This document shows, one piece after another, positions 17,364 to 26,443 of a stretch of DNA of 64,000 nt (positions within the stretch are counted from its first letter, which is position 1; every line of letters starts with the position of its first letter). Source of the stretch: Alphaproteobacteria bacterium. Lineage in GTDB: Bacteria > Pseudomonadota > Alphaproteobacteria > Micavibrionales > Micavibrionaceae. A program made the translations under genes and the position numbers. Below the pieces are notes generated by a model. That model ran no database searches, was not told the origin of the DNA, and saw nothing but the letters and a program-made list of their open reading frames with translations. The stretch is taken from positions 379 to 64,378 of the forward strand of contig JAGLMC010000048.1 of assembly GCA_023140215.1 (NCBI GenBank). Direction: 5' to 3'.

Positions 17364-18173
17364 TTATTCAATAACTTCGATAGCTTGCGGATGATTGATT
17401 TCAATATAAGCTCCGTTATAAGATTCTACCCAGCCACGAACGCGAATGGTTTTATTATTCCATTGTAGCGGATCAATCCCCTGTTTTGAGAAAATACGTT
17501 TATCAGCAGGGGCGATAGAAACTGTAAAATCTGTTTTCCAGTTTTTACCAAAATTCAAATAAATGCGGTTATTTTTAAGAGCTGTACTTTCGATAAGTCC
17601 TTCTATGATTTGAAAGCTATTTAGATGCTCTATGGCTGTTTCAGGAGTTAATATCTTGTAGGTTTCATCTTCCCAAATTCCAAGTTTTTCATTACGGGCA
17701 GTGTCTTCAAATGCGTACATCTGCGCAGACATTTCAGGATTGCGCTGTGTTGTATAAACTCGTGCAAGCCCTAATGTTAGGAGTGTTCCTTGTATCCAAA
17801 CTCCGTCTTTTTGGCGTTCTAACTGTACCAGATGATGACCCATACGATTCATCCGACCCAAGTTTTTCTTTTGTGTATGGTATAGTGTAACGCTTTCTCC
17901 TTCCAGCATATCACGCAGAATATCCATAGCCATTAATGAGAATTTACCCGTGTTTTCAGTATTATAATCCGGATAGTTAATCCCGCTGAGACGGATAATA
18001 CGTCCATCATGTAATTGTAGTGTTTGTGGGTTTATAATCTGCGATACTGTAACAATATCGCTGCGCTTCATTTTAGAAAAATCCCCTTTGGGAAGAGTTT
18101 CATTTTCAGCGGCAGAAATTGATGTATAAAAAAAGCTGGTAAGCAGCGTAAAAAATACTAAAATTATTTTCAT
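17364..18173 (-). CDS. Secreted thermonuclease (SNase)-like protein
   Basis: The start is set at MKIILVFFTLLTSFFYTSISA, a signal peptide. IRLSGINYPD resembles the SNase VRLxGIDAPE motif. The family assignment is moderate. Confidence 0.55.
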   Translation of the reverse strand: MKIILVFFTLLTSFFYTSISAAENETLPKGDFSKMKRSDIVTVSQIINPQTLQLHDGRIIRLSGINYPDYNTENTGKFSLMAMDILRDMLEGESVTLYHTQKKNLGRMNRMGHHLVQLERQKDGVWIQGTLLTLGLARVYTTQRNPEMSAQMYAFEDTARNEKLGIWEDETYKILTPETAIEHLNSFQIIEGLIESTALKNNRIYLNFGKNWKTDFTVSIAPADKRIFSKQGIDPLQWNNKTIRVRGWVESYNGAYIEINHPQAIEVIE

Positions 18174-19650
18174 GAAAATATATTGGACAATTATATATGA
18201 TATTGGCAAGCGTTTGTTTGTTCCTTTGCTGATTTGTTTATCTGTTTTGAGCCTTTTGGCTTGCAGTATGAATCCGGCAACAGGTAAATCACAATTCACA
18301 GCACTGATGTCACCACATCAAGAACTTAAAATCGGCGCTAGTGAACATGTTAAGATTATAAAAAAATTTGGTGAATGCCAAAATATTTTACTTCAAAATT
18401 ATGTACGTGAAGTTGGTGCTAAAGTATCTGCAAACACAGAGCGTCCGGATATTAAATATAAATTTTATGTCCTTGATACGCCTATGGTAAATGCTTTTGC
18501 ATTGCCCGGAGGATATATTTATATTTCCAGAGGGCTTTTAGCGCTTGCAAATAGTGAGGCTGAGATGGCTGCTGTGCTTGCGCATGAAACAGGTCATATT
18601 ACCGGAAAACATTCTGCGCAGCGTTATTCAACGGGAACGCTTACTTCTTTGGGAGCAGGGATATTATCTGTTGCTCTTGGAAGTAATGGTATTTCACAAG
18701 CTATCGGGCTTGGCTCTGATCTTTATTTAAGCTCTTATTCCAGAGGGCAGGAAAATGAAGCGGATAGTTTGGGGATGCGTTATATGACGCGAGCCGGCTA
18801 TAGCTCTACTGCAATGCCGTCTTTTCTTTCTTCTTTGCAAAAGCACAGCATATTGGAAAATAAGATAAAGGGTAGTGAAAAGGTGTCAGATTTTAGCTAT
18901 TTTTCAACACATCCAGCCACATCAGAGCGTATAAACAAAACCAGAGCAGAATCATTGAGCTATGGTAAAGCAGGAAACATTAAGCATAATCACTATCTTA
19001 ACATGATTAATGGTTTGATTTACGATGATAGTTCTCGTTCCGGATTTATTCGTGGGCAAAATTTTTATCATACTGAAATGGATTTTACTTTTAACGTGCC
19101 GGATGGATTTCATATTGTTAACCGGCAGTCACAAGTTATAGCTACATCTAAATCCGGCTCTGTGATTGTATTTGATATGGTTGGGAATAAGAAATCTTTA
19201 GATCCGCTTGATTACATTACAAATAGCTGGATGAAAAATGAAAAGCTGCAATCTTCAGAAAGAATTATTGTAAACGGGATGGACGCTGCAACGGCTTCAT
19301 TTTCCGGTCATATTAATAATAAGCCTGTAACTATTAGATTGGTTGTTGTGCGTTGGTCTAACAATCGTTTGGCTCGTTTTCAGATGGCTATTCCACGGAA
19401 TGTTTCTGCGGATTTACTTGAAGGATTAAAGCGCACTTCTTATAGTCTGCGCCGTTTGACATCAAAGGAAAAGGAGTCATTAAGGCCATATTATGTTAAA
19501 ATAGTTACAGCTAAAGCAGGCGACACGGTAAGCACTCTTGCAAGACAACAGCCATTTAATACGCTACAAGAGGAACGATTTCGAGTGTTTAATTCGCTTG
19601 AAGCCGGAGAAGGGATTGTTTTCGGGCAGAAATATAAACTGATCTTTTAA
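18172..19650 (+). CDS. M48-family zinc metalloprotease lipoprotein with a C-terminal LysM domain
   Basis: 492 aa. The lipobox is LLAC. The zinc site is HETGHITGKH (HExxH). The C-terminal VKIVTAKAGDTVSTLARQ...YKLI is LysM-like. Confidence 0.8.
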   Translation: MKIYWTIIYDIGKRLFVPLLICLSVLSLLACSMNPATGKSQFTALMSPHQELKIGASEHVKIIKKFGECQNILLQNYVREVGAKVSANTERPDIKYKFYVLDTPMVNAFALPGGYIYISRGLLALANSEAEMAAVLAHETGHITGKHSAQRYSTGTLTSLGAGILSVALGSNGISQAIGLGSDLYLSSYSRGQENEADSLGMRYMTRAGYSSTAMPSFLSSLQKHSILENKIKGSEKVSDFSYFSTHPATSERINKTRAESLSYGKAGNIKHNHYLNMINGLIYDDSSRSGFIRGQNFYHTEMDFTFNVPDGFHIVNRQSQVIATSKSGSVIVFDMVGNKKSLDPLDYITNSWMKNEKLQSSERIIVNGMDAATASFSGHINNKPVTIRLVVVRWSNNRLARFQMAIPRNVSADLLEGLKRTSYSLRRLTSKEKESLRPYYVKIVTAKAGDTVSTLARQQPFNTLQEERFRVFNSLEAGEGIVFGQKYKLIF

Positions 19651-19655
19651 ATAAT

Positions 19656-19682
19656 GGGGACATATTAATTTAATTTGTCCCC
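19656..19682. terminator. Hairpin between convergent genes (possible bidirectional terminator)
   Basis: GGGGACA, a 13-nt loop, then TGTCCCC, followed by GTTT. It lies 6 nt after the M48 gene stop. Confidence 0.45.
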
Positions 19683-19710
19683 GTTTAATATATCCCCGTT
19701 CATCGCTTTG

Positions 19711-20529
19711 TTAAGCTTCCAGAATATCCAGAGTTTCACCATCGGCGGAAAATGCAGTGCAAATTAAATTTCCACCAAAGCCACAACCATCATCAATCGT
19801 AGCCGTTACACAGTTTATATCTATTCCATTGTGTTCAGGATCATAACCGCGAATAACTTTCTGAAATGGCTCATACGTATTTTTAATTTGTTTAAATTGC
19901 TCACCTGCCCACCATAGGTGATCTCCTTGTTCTTCAAGCGGTTTTTCACCATTTAATCCGGCATGAACAAATAGCATCGGGTAGTTTTGATCTGTAGCAG
20001 TATATGAGGCTCGGACAAGCTGTGTTGAGAAAATATCATGACCGGGATGTTTTCGTATTACATTCTGGATAGAGGCTATCCATTTTGTAAGAAATATTGA
20101 ACCGGAGCGACATGCCTCGATACCGTCATGAGGAGAAACCCCGTAGCTATATAGTGTATTTGATAGGCCATTACCAAGCATCCATAGAAGTACGTTCATT
20201 GGATCAGGTGCAAAATGTAATTGTAGCAATTTTTTCCACATTTCTTCCTGACATCCGCGAAGATAGATAATATCGCTACATAACATGCCGGGTTGAGAGA
20301 GAACCAGACGGCGAAAGGTTAGAATTTCATCAACACATTCAGCAGAATGCTCACCGTAACCAGTGTAATTTCCTAAATAAACAAGTCTGTCTTTGGGGGC
20401 TATATGTTCGAATATGTTATCGTGAATAGTAGTAAGTTTTTCAATATTGCCATGAATAGCAGGAATTGCCCAAATTCTATCGGGCTTTTCAAGATTCACA
20501 AATTGGTTATCTTTAATAACTCTACACAC
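19711..20529 (-). CDS. PPP-family metallophosphoesterase homologue with substituted metal-binding motifs (probable pseudoenzyme)
   Basis: 272 aa with a GTG start. It aligns to the lambda-PP/PrpA motif order, but GDxHG becomes PAIHG, GDxxDRG becomes GNYTGYG, GNHE becomes GCQE and GH becomes GY. VHAG is retained. Confidence 0.65.
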   Translation of the reverse strand: MCRVIKDNQFVNLEKPDRIWAIPAIHGNIEKLTTIHDNIFEHIAPKDRLVYLGNYTGYGEHSAECVDEILTFRRLVLSQPGMLCSDIIYLRGCQEEMWKKLLQLHFAPDPMNVLLWMLGNGLSNTLYSYGVSPHDGIEACRSGSIFLTKWIASIQNVIRKHPGHDIFSTQLVRASYTATDQNYPMLFVHAGLNGEKPLEEQGDHLWWAGEQFKQIKNTYEPFQKVIRGYDPEHNGIDINCVTATIDDGCGFGGNLICTAFSADGETLDILEA

Positions 20530-20629
20530 TTTGAAACCGTGGTTTATTGAATGGGTATAGATAATTTAAAGGCGGGGTAATAATCTATAGATAAGAGAAG
20601 TTCAATTCCCAGAATCAACAACAGTATAC

Positions 20630-20680
20630 AAAAAAAACAGGCAGATAGGAAGCCCCTGAGCTTATATTTGCCTGTTTTTA
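20630..20680 (-). terminator. Rho-independent terminator candidate downstream of carD
   Basis: AACAGGCA...TGCCTGTT forms the outer stem, with an inner AAGC/GCTT pairing. It is flanked by an A8 run on one side and T5 on the other, so it could act bidirectionally. Confidence 0.5.
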
Positions 20681-20714
20681 TAATATTTTTAAAAGTAAAT
20701 GAAAATGATTGTAA

Positions 20715-21245
20715 CTATGCAGCTTCTTTATTTTCACTTGCTTTATTCGTTCCTAAAATATCTTCCAGCTCTTCAGTAGCCTTGCATTCGCTGATATCTT
20801 TCACGGCAGCAACTTCGCGTGCCAGTCTTTCCAATGCTGACTGGTAAATTTGGCGTTCGCTATATGATTGCTCGTTATCATCATTACTGCGTTTTAAATC
20901 ACGTAAAACTTCTGCAATAGATACAGGGTTTCCGGAATTAATTTTTGTTTCATATTCCTGTGCGCGGCGACTCCACATTGTACGGCGTATACGAGAGCGT
21001 CCTTGAAGGGTTTTTAGAGCATCTTTTAAACGATCACTGGTGCTAAGACGGCGTAAACCTGATTCCCGTGCTTTCACTACAGGAATTTTTAAGCGCATAC
21101 GTTCTTTTTCAAAGCTGATTGCATAGAGTCGAATTTCCATACCGGCAATAGTTTGAGTTTCAACGCCTTCAATTTGTCCTACGCCATGCGCAGGATATAC
21201 AACATAATCACCTCGTGTGAAGTCTACATTATCATTATCAGCCAT
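20715..21245 (-). CDS. carD: CarD/CdnL-family RNA-polymerase-binding transcription regulator
   Basis: 176 aa. GDYVVYPAHGVGQIEGV and RRAQEYETKINSG match the CarD_CdnL_TRCF pattern. Confidence 0.9.
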   Translation of the reverse strand: MADNDNVDFTRGDYVVYPAHGVGQIEGVETQTIAGMEIRLYAISFEKERMRLKIPVVKARESGLRRLSTSDRLKDALKTLQGRSRIRRTMWSRRAQEYETKINSGNPVSIAEVLRDLKRSNDDNEQSYSERQIYQSALERLAREVAAVKDISECKATEELEDILGTNKASENKEAA

Positions 21246-21523
21246 GTTTTTTCCCTTTTCTTTATATTGTTATTTTTATCAAAACATACTTATGAGATAT
21301 TTTTTATACCTCCAAAGCTCTCCCTAATTTATTTCAAGTATAAGGCATGCTTGGTCGTGTAGACCTTCGGGAAGTTAATTCCCCATGTGGCAAACCACGT
21401 TCCTAATTTTTTTAAGGATCATCACTATACCTAAAAATTAGATAAAATTCAACAAATAAGTAATGACGTGGCGTTAATGCTTTGAAATATAGGAATAAAA
21501 CAGCATAGTGGGAACACATTAAT

Positions 21524-22228
21524 TCAATGTGAGCTGTTTGCTTTAATTTTGCGGTTGTATTCAGTGATTTTTTTGTATGGAGAGAATCCATTATTTAGAA
21601 TATGAGAAATGCTTTCCATATTAGAAGATGCGCTTAAAAGATTATATGCAGATTGGCTGTGATAGTGTGCATATTCAATATCCATAAGTTCGTTAATAGC
21701 GGTTTTTGAAAGGTTTTTCATGATGCCGTGAATAGAAAATGATGTAGCTTTAATCTCATTACTATTTTGAGTTCTTAGTTTGGCGATATAAAAGTTCTTT
21801 GAGTCTCTTGTTTTGATTTCTTTAATTTTGATGAGATTGATATTAAAATCGTTACAAAAACCATAAGAAAAATGTTTAAATTTCTTGTGTTCAAGATTAA
21901 AGCTGTAGCGAGATAGACGCACTGAATTTTCCAAAATTGCAATAATTCGACTTCCGTTTAATATTTCCGAGAGGTCTATTGTTTTGTTATTGCTTAACAT
22001 TAAAGCATTGATTTGTGTGGCTTTTTCTAAATTTTCTATATAAGAAACTGGATATCTTGATACATGCCGATCAAGATATATATGTAAAAGAGGGCTGTTT
22101 TTTCGCGCATCTGAAACTTCAAGGATATGATCGTCAGGATTGTATTTATAATTAAATCCAATTCCCCACGCAATAAAAGAGCCTTGGGAGCAAAACTCCT
22201 TATACTTTAACTTTAACGCAAATGTCAT
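21524..22228 (-). CDS. Orphan hypothetical protein
   Basis: 234 aa with no signal peptide and no motif I recognise. It is AT-rich (17 G+C in 21781..21840 by hand count), has a weak RBS, and is flanked by long AT-rich spacers. Confidence 0.5.
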   Translation of the reverse strand: MTFALKLKYKEFCSQGSFIAWGIGFNYKYNPDDHILEVSDARKNSPLLHIYLDRHVSRYPVSYIENLEKATQINALMLSNNKTIDLSEILNGSRIIAILENSVRLSRYSFNLEHKKFKHFSYGFCNDFNINLIKIKEIKTRDSKNFYIAKLRTQNSNEIKATSFSIHGIMKNLSKTAINELMDIEYAHYHSQSAYNLLSASSNMESISHILNNGFSPYKKITEYNRKIKANSSH

Positions 22229-22414
22229 ATTTTCTATGCTCGTTTTTATTATTATTGACGGTATGTTAGCATAAACTTATATGTGTGTGCTAGATTTTTC
22301 CATAAATCTTTGATATTAAAAGATAATCTAAACTATTGTTTTTTTAGGTATTTTCTTGTCATACGATTCTTTCTATATTTTGGGTTTTATTGACATAAAA
22401 ATACAAAAATAATG

Positions 22415-23323
22415 CTAAATCGTAACACTTGTTTCAAGAAAGCTGAGTTTTGCCAGTGTGGTTTTTAAGTTTACATGTGTTCCTATAGGAAGCGTATATA
22501 TATTTTCTCCATGGCCAAAGGGAGCATTCATAATAATTGGGATATTGCATTCCTTTGTGTATTCTTCAATTAAATCGCGCAGCTCAAATCCGAAAGGATT
22601 GTCACTTTCTTGCATATTACAGAATTCTCCAAGTATAAGAGCGTTTATTTCTTTAAAAACACCACGTCGCTTTAGGTGGAGTAACATACGATCTATACGG
22701 CTAAGGTGTTCATTTGTATCTTCAAGAAAAAGAATTGCATTGCTAAGTGGGGCACAATCTTCTGTAGAGATTAAATATTGAAATAGACTAAGGCAACCGC
22801 CAATTAAAATTCCTTCTGCTTCGCCTTCTTTTATAATGCTCACATTATTTAAAGGAATCTCATTATTTATTCCACGCAGAATATCCAGAGTTTGAATGAG
22901 TTGATTTTCTTGTATTTTATGAACATTTTTAAAGACAGTTCCATGAAATGTTGGAAAACCTGTATGAGCGTAAATGCTATTTAACAATGTTGTTGAATCA
23001 CTAAAGCCTATAATTGCCTTTGGCTTTTTTTTCATTGCTTTGAAATTAATAGAATCAAGCAAGTCTAGAGAACGGTTTCCACCGCCTGCAAGCCATATAG
23101 CTTTAATATCATCACGTTGCCATAGCCCTTGCAAAGCCATTATTTTTTGAATAGATGTTCCGGCTGATTGGTTATGTTGCTCATAGGTTTGAGGATGTAT
23201 AAAAACGTTATACCCCAGCTTTTCAATTCTGACCTTTGATTTCTCGATATCACTTTTTTCAACAATACTCGACGGAGCCATAACTCCTATGCAATCACCG
23301 GGATTCAACGCTACTGGTTTCAT
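22415..23323 (-). CDS. ldcA: LD-carboxypeptidase (peptidase S66, murein tetrapeptide carboxypeptidase)
   Basis: 302 aa. GDCIGVMAPSS, IIGFSDSTTL (nucleophile Ser) and FGHG near the C-terminus are present. Confidence 0.85.
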   Translation of the reverse strand: MKPVALNPGDCIGVMAPSSIVEKSDIEKSKVRIEKLGYNVFIHPQTYEQHNQSAGTSIQKIMALQGLWQRDDIKAIWLAGGGNRSLDLLDSINFKAMKKKPKAIIGFSDSTTLLNSIYAHTGFPTFHGTVFKNVHKIQENQLIQTLDILRGINNEIPLNNVSIIKEGEAEGILIGGCLSLFQYLISTEDCAPLSNAILFLEDTNEHLSRIDRMLLHLKRRGVFKEINALILGEFCNMQESDNPFGFELRDLIEEYTKECNIPIIMNAPFGHGENIYTLPIGTHVNLKTTLAKLSFLETSVTI

Positions 23324-23370
23324 AATACTAGCGTTCAGATAAAAGCTGTTTTTGCAAATAAATTACTATA

Positions 23371-24333
23371 TCAGCCATCAGATGTAATTCTGTCTATGAT
23401 CTTATGTAAAGTTTCCTCGGCATTCAAGTTTTTTATTTGACATGTTCCGGCAGCAATATGACCTCCACCGTCATATTCTAGACAAAGATTTCCAATATTG
23501 GTTTTGCTGGTACGGTTAAGAATGGATTTACCAATCGCTAAAACAGTGTTTTGTTTATTTTTCCCCCAAATTACATGTATAGAAATATTAGATTGCGGGA
23601 AGAGGGCATAAATTACAAAGCGATTACCGGACCATATTTTCTTTTCTTTACGCAAATCCAATACAACTAGATTGTTATATATAGTAGAACACTGTTCTAT
23701 TTGTTCTCTGAATTTCAGTTGATGCTCAAAATATAAATCAACACGTTCTTTAGTATCCGGTAGCTCTAGAAGTTCTTCAATTGTTTCATGATTGCGGCAA
23801 TGGTCAATTAGTTTCATCATTAATTGATAATTTGAAATATTAAAATCACGAAAGCGGCCTAATCCGGTTCTTGCATCCATGATAAAGCTTAGCAAAACCC
23901 AACCTTCAGGATTTAAAATTTCTTCTTTGGAAAAATCAGCAGTATCCGCTTTATCAACGGCCAGCATCATTTCATCTGAAACTCCCGGAAATCGTTTTGC
24001 GCCGCCAAAATAATTATAAAGCACTCGTGCAGCAGATGGAGCATCAGGATCTATAATATGATTACTATGTTTTTCTTTAACTCTTGTCATTTCGCTGGTG
24101 TGGTGGTCAAAAGCTAGATAGACACCATCAACATATGGAAGATTTGTTGTTATATCATCGGGACCAACATCAACAAGCCCGTCTTGCATATCCTTTGGAT
24201 GAGCAAAAGTTACATCTTCAATAAGATCAAGTTCCTTAAGAAGTATACCGCATACAAGTCCGTCCATATCACTACGTGTAATGAGGCGGTATTTTTTACC
24301 ATGTTTAGGCAATATCTTAGTGTGTGGTAACAT
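23371..24333 (-). CDS. DHH-superfamily phosphoesterase (NrnB/'exopolyphosphatase-related' type)
   Basis: 320 aa. RSDMDGLVCGILLKEL, AFDHH (the DHH motif) and GGGHIAAG (a DHHA1-like GGGH) are present. Confidence 0.7.
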   Translation of the reverse strand: MLPHTKILPKHGKKYRLITRSDMDGLVCGILLKELDLIEDVTFAHPKDMQDGLVDVGPDDITTNLPYVDGVYLAFDHHTSEMTRVKEKHSNHIIDPDAPSAARVLYNYFGGAKRFPGVSDEMMLAVDKADTADFSKEEILNPEGWVLLSFIMDARTGLGRFRDFNISNYQLMMKLIDHCRNHETIEELLELPDTKERVDLYFEHQLKFREQIEQCSTIYNNLVVLDLRKEKKIWSGNRFVIYALFPQSNISIHVIWGKNKQNTVLAIGKSILNRTSKTNIGNLCLEYDGGGHIAAGTCQIKNLNAEETLHKIIDRITSDG

Positions 24334-24490
24334 ATATTTTCCTCCTGAAAAAAATTTATATTAAATAGGATACAACATTTTTTCATTATCTTTGACTAAA
24401 AAAAGAAAAATCGGTGATTTTTTTTAATTACATACATTGTTTGCGATGCAGCATTTTTCTGGCGATGACTACAAATAAAAATAATTATAA

Positions 24491-25810
24491 CTAAGAAGCC
24501 GAGATTTTTTTCTCTCTATTATCTTCTTTTTCTTTGTCATCTTTTTTCTTTTTTGTAGAAGTTTTTTTCTTTTTATTAGCAAAAATATATTCAGGAGTTT
24601 TTTGTTCTTTAATAGAATCCTCATTGATAATAACTTCTTTTATATCTTCCATATCAGGCAATTCAAACATTGTATCAAGGAGAAGAATTTCTAAAATTGA
24701 TCTTAGTCCACGAGCGCCTGTTTTTCTTTTAATTGCTTTTTTTGCTATTGCTTTCAAAGCATCATCAGTGAATTTAAGCTCTGCACCTTCCATATCAAAA
24801 AGTTTTGCATATTGTTTGGTTAAGGCATTTTTAGGTTCAGTTAGTATTGTAACAAGAGCATCTTCATCAAGATCTTCCAGTGTAGCAAGAACAGGTAGAC
24901 GACCAACAAATTCAGGAATCAAACCGTACTTTAATAAATCTTCAGGTTCTAGATCTTGAAAGATTTCACCGATGCCGCGAGCATCATCATCTTTAACATC
25001 AGCACCGAATCCAATAGATGTTCCACGACCGCGTGCTGCAATAATTTTATCAAGTCCGGCAAAAGCACCGCCACATATAAATAAGATACCGCTAGTGTCG
25101 ACCTGAAGAAATTCCTGTTGAGGATGCTTGCGTCCACCTTGAGGTGGAACGCTTGCTATTGTGCCTTCCATTAATTTTAATAATGCTTGTTGCACACCTT
25201 CACCGGAGACATCACGAGTAATAGAAGGGTTGTCCGATTTACGGGATATCTTGTCAATTTCATCAATATAAACGATTCCTTTTTGTGCGCGTTCAACATT
25301 ATAATCAGAAGATTGCAGCAATTTCAGAACGATATTTTCAACATCTTCGCCAACATAACCGGCCTCTGTTAATGTTGTTGCATCAGCCATAGTAAAAGGA
25401 ACATCAAGAATACGGGCAAGAGTTTCAGCTAGAAGCGTTTTACCGCATCCTGTAGGGCCTACAAGTAAAATATTTGATTTTGCCAGCTCTATCTCGTCGC
25501 CGTTATTGCTGTGTTCAAGGCGTTTGTAATGGTTGTGTACTGCCACAGATAAAACACGTTTGGCCGTTTCCTGACCAATCACATAATCATCAAGAAAGTT
25601 TTTAATTTCAGATGGCGAGGGAACACTTTCACCTTTACTAACAATCTGTGTTTTGTCTTCTTCACGGATAATATCCATGCAAAGTTCCACACATTCATTG
25701 CAGATAAATACATTTGGCCCTGCAATTAGCTTTCTAACCTCATGCTGGCTTTTACCGCAAAATGAACAATAAAGAGTATTTTTCGAATCACTAGAACTTG
25801 TTTTACTCAT
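24491..25810 (-). CDS. clpX: ATP-dependent Clp protease ATP-binding subunit ClpX
   Basis: 439 aa. The zinc finger is CSFCGK...[12 protein letters not shown] and IVYIDEIDK are present. An extra Lys-rich tail reads [23 protein letters not shown]. Confidence 0.97.
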   Translation of the reverse strand: MSKTSSSDSKNTLYCSFCGKSQHEVRKLIAGPNVFICNECVELCMDIIREEDKTQIVSKGESVPSPSEIKNFLDDYVIGQETAKRVLSVAVHNHYKRLEHSNNGDEIELAKSNILLVGPTGCGKTLLAETLARILDVPFTMADATTLTEAGYVGEDVENIVLKLLQSSDYNVERAQKGIVYIDEIDKISRKSDNPSITRDVSGEGVQQALLKLMEGTIASVPPQGGRKHPQQEFLQVDTSGILFICGGAFAGLDKIIAARGRGTSIGFGADVKDDDARGIGEIFQDLEPEDLLKYGLIPEFVGRLPVLATLEDLDEDALVTILTEPKNALTKQYAKLFDMEGAELKFTDDALKAIAKKAIKRKTGARGLRSILEILLLDTMFELPDMEDIKEVIINEDSIKEQKTPEYIFANKKKKTSTKKKKDDKEKEDNREKKISAS

Positions 25811-26023
25811 AAAGGTTTCCCGTCCTTTGGTTTATTCATCTTTAAGCATTACGGTATTTTAATACGCCTTTGTTTAATCTAGACAAGAGGTTGATTGCTA
25901 CGCAAGTCTTTAAATCAATGAAATCATTTTTTCCCTTAGATTATTTATAAAGTTCAAAGTTTCCACTTTGTGTTTATTGTATTATATCTAAGATGTAGAT
26001 TTAATTAACTGATTATAGAAAAT

Positions 26024-26443
26024 ATGTTGCAGGATAATAATTTAAGCTCAGACTTATTAAAATTAATTGATGATTTTTCATTCTTCGATGACTGGGAAGA
26101 ACGATATCGTTACCTTATTGATATCGGGCGCAAGCTTTCAAAAATGGATGAGTCTCTCAAGACAGATGAAACATTAGTGCGGGGATGCACATCACGTGTA
26201 TGGGTGCATGTAGATATACAAGATAATGTTTTACATTTTGTAGCTGATAGCGATGCTCATATAGTGCGTGGATTAATTGCTTTGCTTGTCCGAATTTATG
26301 AAGGAAAAATGCTTGAAGAAATAGCTGAAATTGATATTCATGCTGTTTTTGAAGAGATTGGACTTAATCAGAATCTCAGTCCTAACCGCCGTAATGGATT
26401 TTTTGCAATGGTAGAGCGGATTAGATCATTCGCTGATTTCTAG
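26024..26443 (+). CDS. sufE: SufE-family sulfur acceptor protein
   Basis: 139 aa. WEERYRYLIDIG, VRGCTSRVWV (active-site Cys) and NRRNGF are present. Confidence 0.85.
   Translation: MLQDNNLSSDLLKLIDDFSFFDDWEERYRYLIDIGRKLSKMDESLKTDETLVRGCTSRVWVHVDIQDNVLHFVADSDAHIVRGLIALLVRIYEGKMLEEIAEIDIHAVFEEIGLNQNLSPNRRNGFFAMVERIRSFADF

Noticed and set aside
16112-17404. The track gives a long form of pgk with 28 extra N-terminal codons.
   Set aside because: The extension (MKSIIRKLSKLLNNYTNNKQ…) has no PGK similarity and would overlap the 3' end of the SNase-like gene. The internal Met gives the canonical PGK N-terminus.
18174-18299. The track gives a 42-codon N-terminal extension of the SNase-like ORF.
   Set aside because: The extension precedes a perfect signal peptide that begins at the internal Met (18173). 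It would run antisense through the M48 gene's signal-peptide region.
20596-20615. A tRNA-like T-arm string (GTTCAATTCCC) occurs in the spacer downstream of carD.
   Set aside because: No complementary 5-bp T-stem, acceptor stem or anticodon arm can be drawn around it. I saw no convincing tRNA anywhere in the window.
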